Of a DNA stretch of 64,000 nucleotides, positions 63,447 through 64,000 are shown in pieces (position 1 is the first letter of the stretch; each line of letters opens with the position of its first letter). The notes under the pieces were generated by a model, which ran no database searches, had not been told where the DNA came from, and saw nothing but the letters and a program-made list of their open reading frames with translations. The stretch comes from Cyanophora paradoxa CCMP329 (lineage: Eukaryota; Plantae; Glaucophyta): NCBI GenBank assembly GCA_004431415.1, contig QPMI01000169.1, positions 62,001 through 126,000 on the forward strand. Direction: 5' to 3'. The translations under genes were made by a program, and so were the position numbers.

Positions 63447-64000
63447 CTAGGAGTGTGCGTCGAGCCAGGAGGGCCCGAAGCCGAGGGAGACCTCGACGCG
63501 GACGCCGTCGAGGGGCAGGGCGCCCGTCATCTCCCCCCGCACGATCTCCTCCACACGCTCCCGCTCCCCGGGCGCCACCTCCAGCACCAGCTCGTCGTGC
63601 ACCTGCCGGCCCGACGCCCCGCGGCCTCGGCGAGGTGCTCGGGGCGCCCGCTCGGGGCCGGGGGCACCTGGAGGAGGAGCCGGCTGGCGAGGCCCTCGCG
63701 CTGCAGCGCCCCGTGCACCCCCACCATCGCGATCCTGCGCCGGGGGTCAGGGGGCGGCCGCAGGGCCCGCGGGGGGTGGCGCCGGGGCGCGCTTGATCAT
63801 GTCGGCCTGGGTGCCCTGGATGGGCGTGTTGATGGCGACGCGGGCGGCCGAGGCCGACTCGAGCTTGTTCCGCGAGTTGATGAGGCGCACGTGCCGCCGC
63901 CGGCCCAGGAGCGTCGAGGCGTACCCCCGCTCGCGGCACTGGGCCTTGAGCTCCTCGAGGAGGCGGAGGACGCCCGGGTGGGAGGCGGCGTAGGCCGCCA
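63447..64000 (-). CDS. polA: Family A DNA polymerase, bacterial Pol I-like, C-terminal part (runs off window)
   Basis: GYASTLLGRRR, AINTPIQGTQADMIK/IAM, motif C RLLLQ/VHDELVLEV and terminal GPSWLDAHS*. Two introns visible. Confidence 0.88.

Overview
This is eukaryotic nuclear DNA: gene-dense, very GC-rich, and cut by many ~50-70 nt spliceosomal introns, so most ORF-track entries are exon fragments or shadow frames. I reassembled about 27 protein-coding genes by hand: TPR protein, B12D/NDUFA4-like, DCAF12, CHTOP-like, SURF1, a CBM45-CBM20 glucan phosphatase, RETICULATA-related, FAM221, an orphan membrane protein, Sec23-like, SCAPER, EPSP synthase, ZIP transporter, nicalin, FUN14, a RING-like protein, SMC4, RRP15, PUS3, a RING/TRAF-beta-helix protein, an ABCB half-transporter, SMC3, NDUFAF7, an orphan, and a truncated bacterial-type PolA. 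Phe-containing plastid transit peptides with no signal peptide, plus an apparently cytosolic starch phosphatase, suggest a glaucophyte such as Cyanophora (inference). The most notable signals are: (1) three tandem box C/D snoRNAs (SNORD46/snR63-like guide) inside a Sec23 intron; (2) an unusual splicing code, with 16 of 45 hand-mapped donors being GC, a G(T/C)(G/C)CGC donor consensus, and C-rich/G-rich self-complementary introns lacking a pyrimidine tract; (3) a CBM45+CBM20+DSP phosphatase architecture; (4) intergenic DNA full of overlapping short palindromes. Exon boundaries were read by eye, no searches were run, and family calls rest on recalled motifs.
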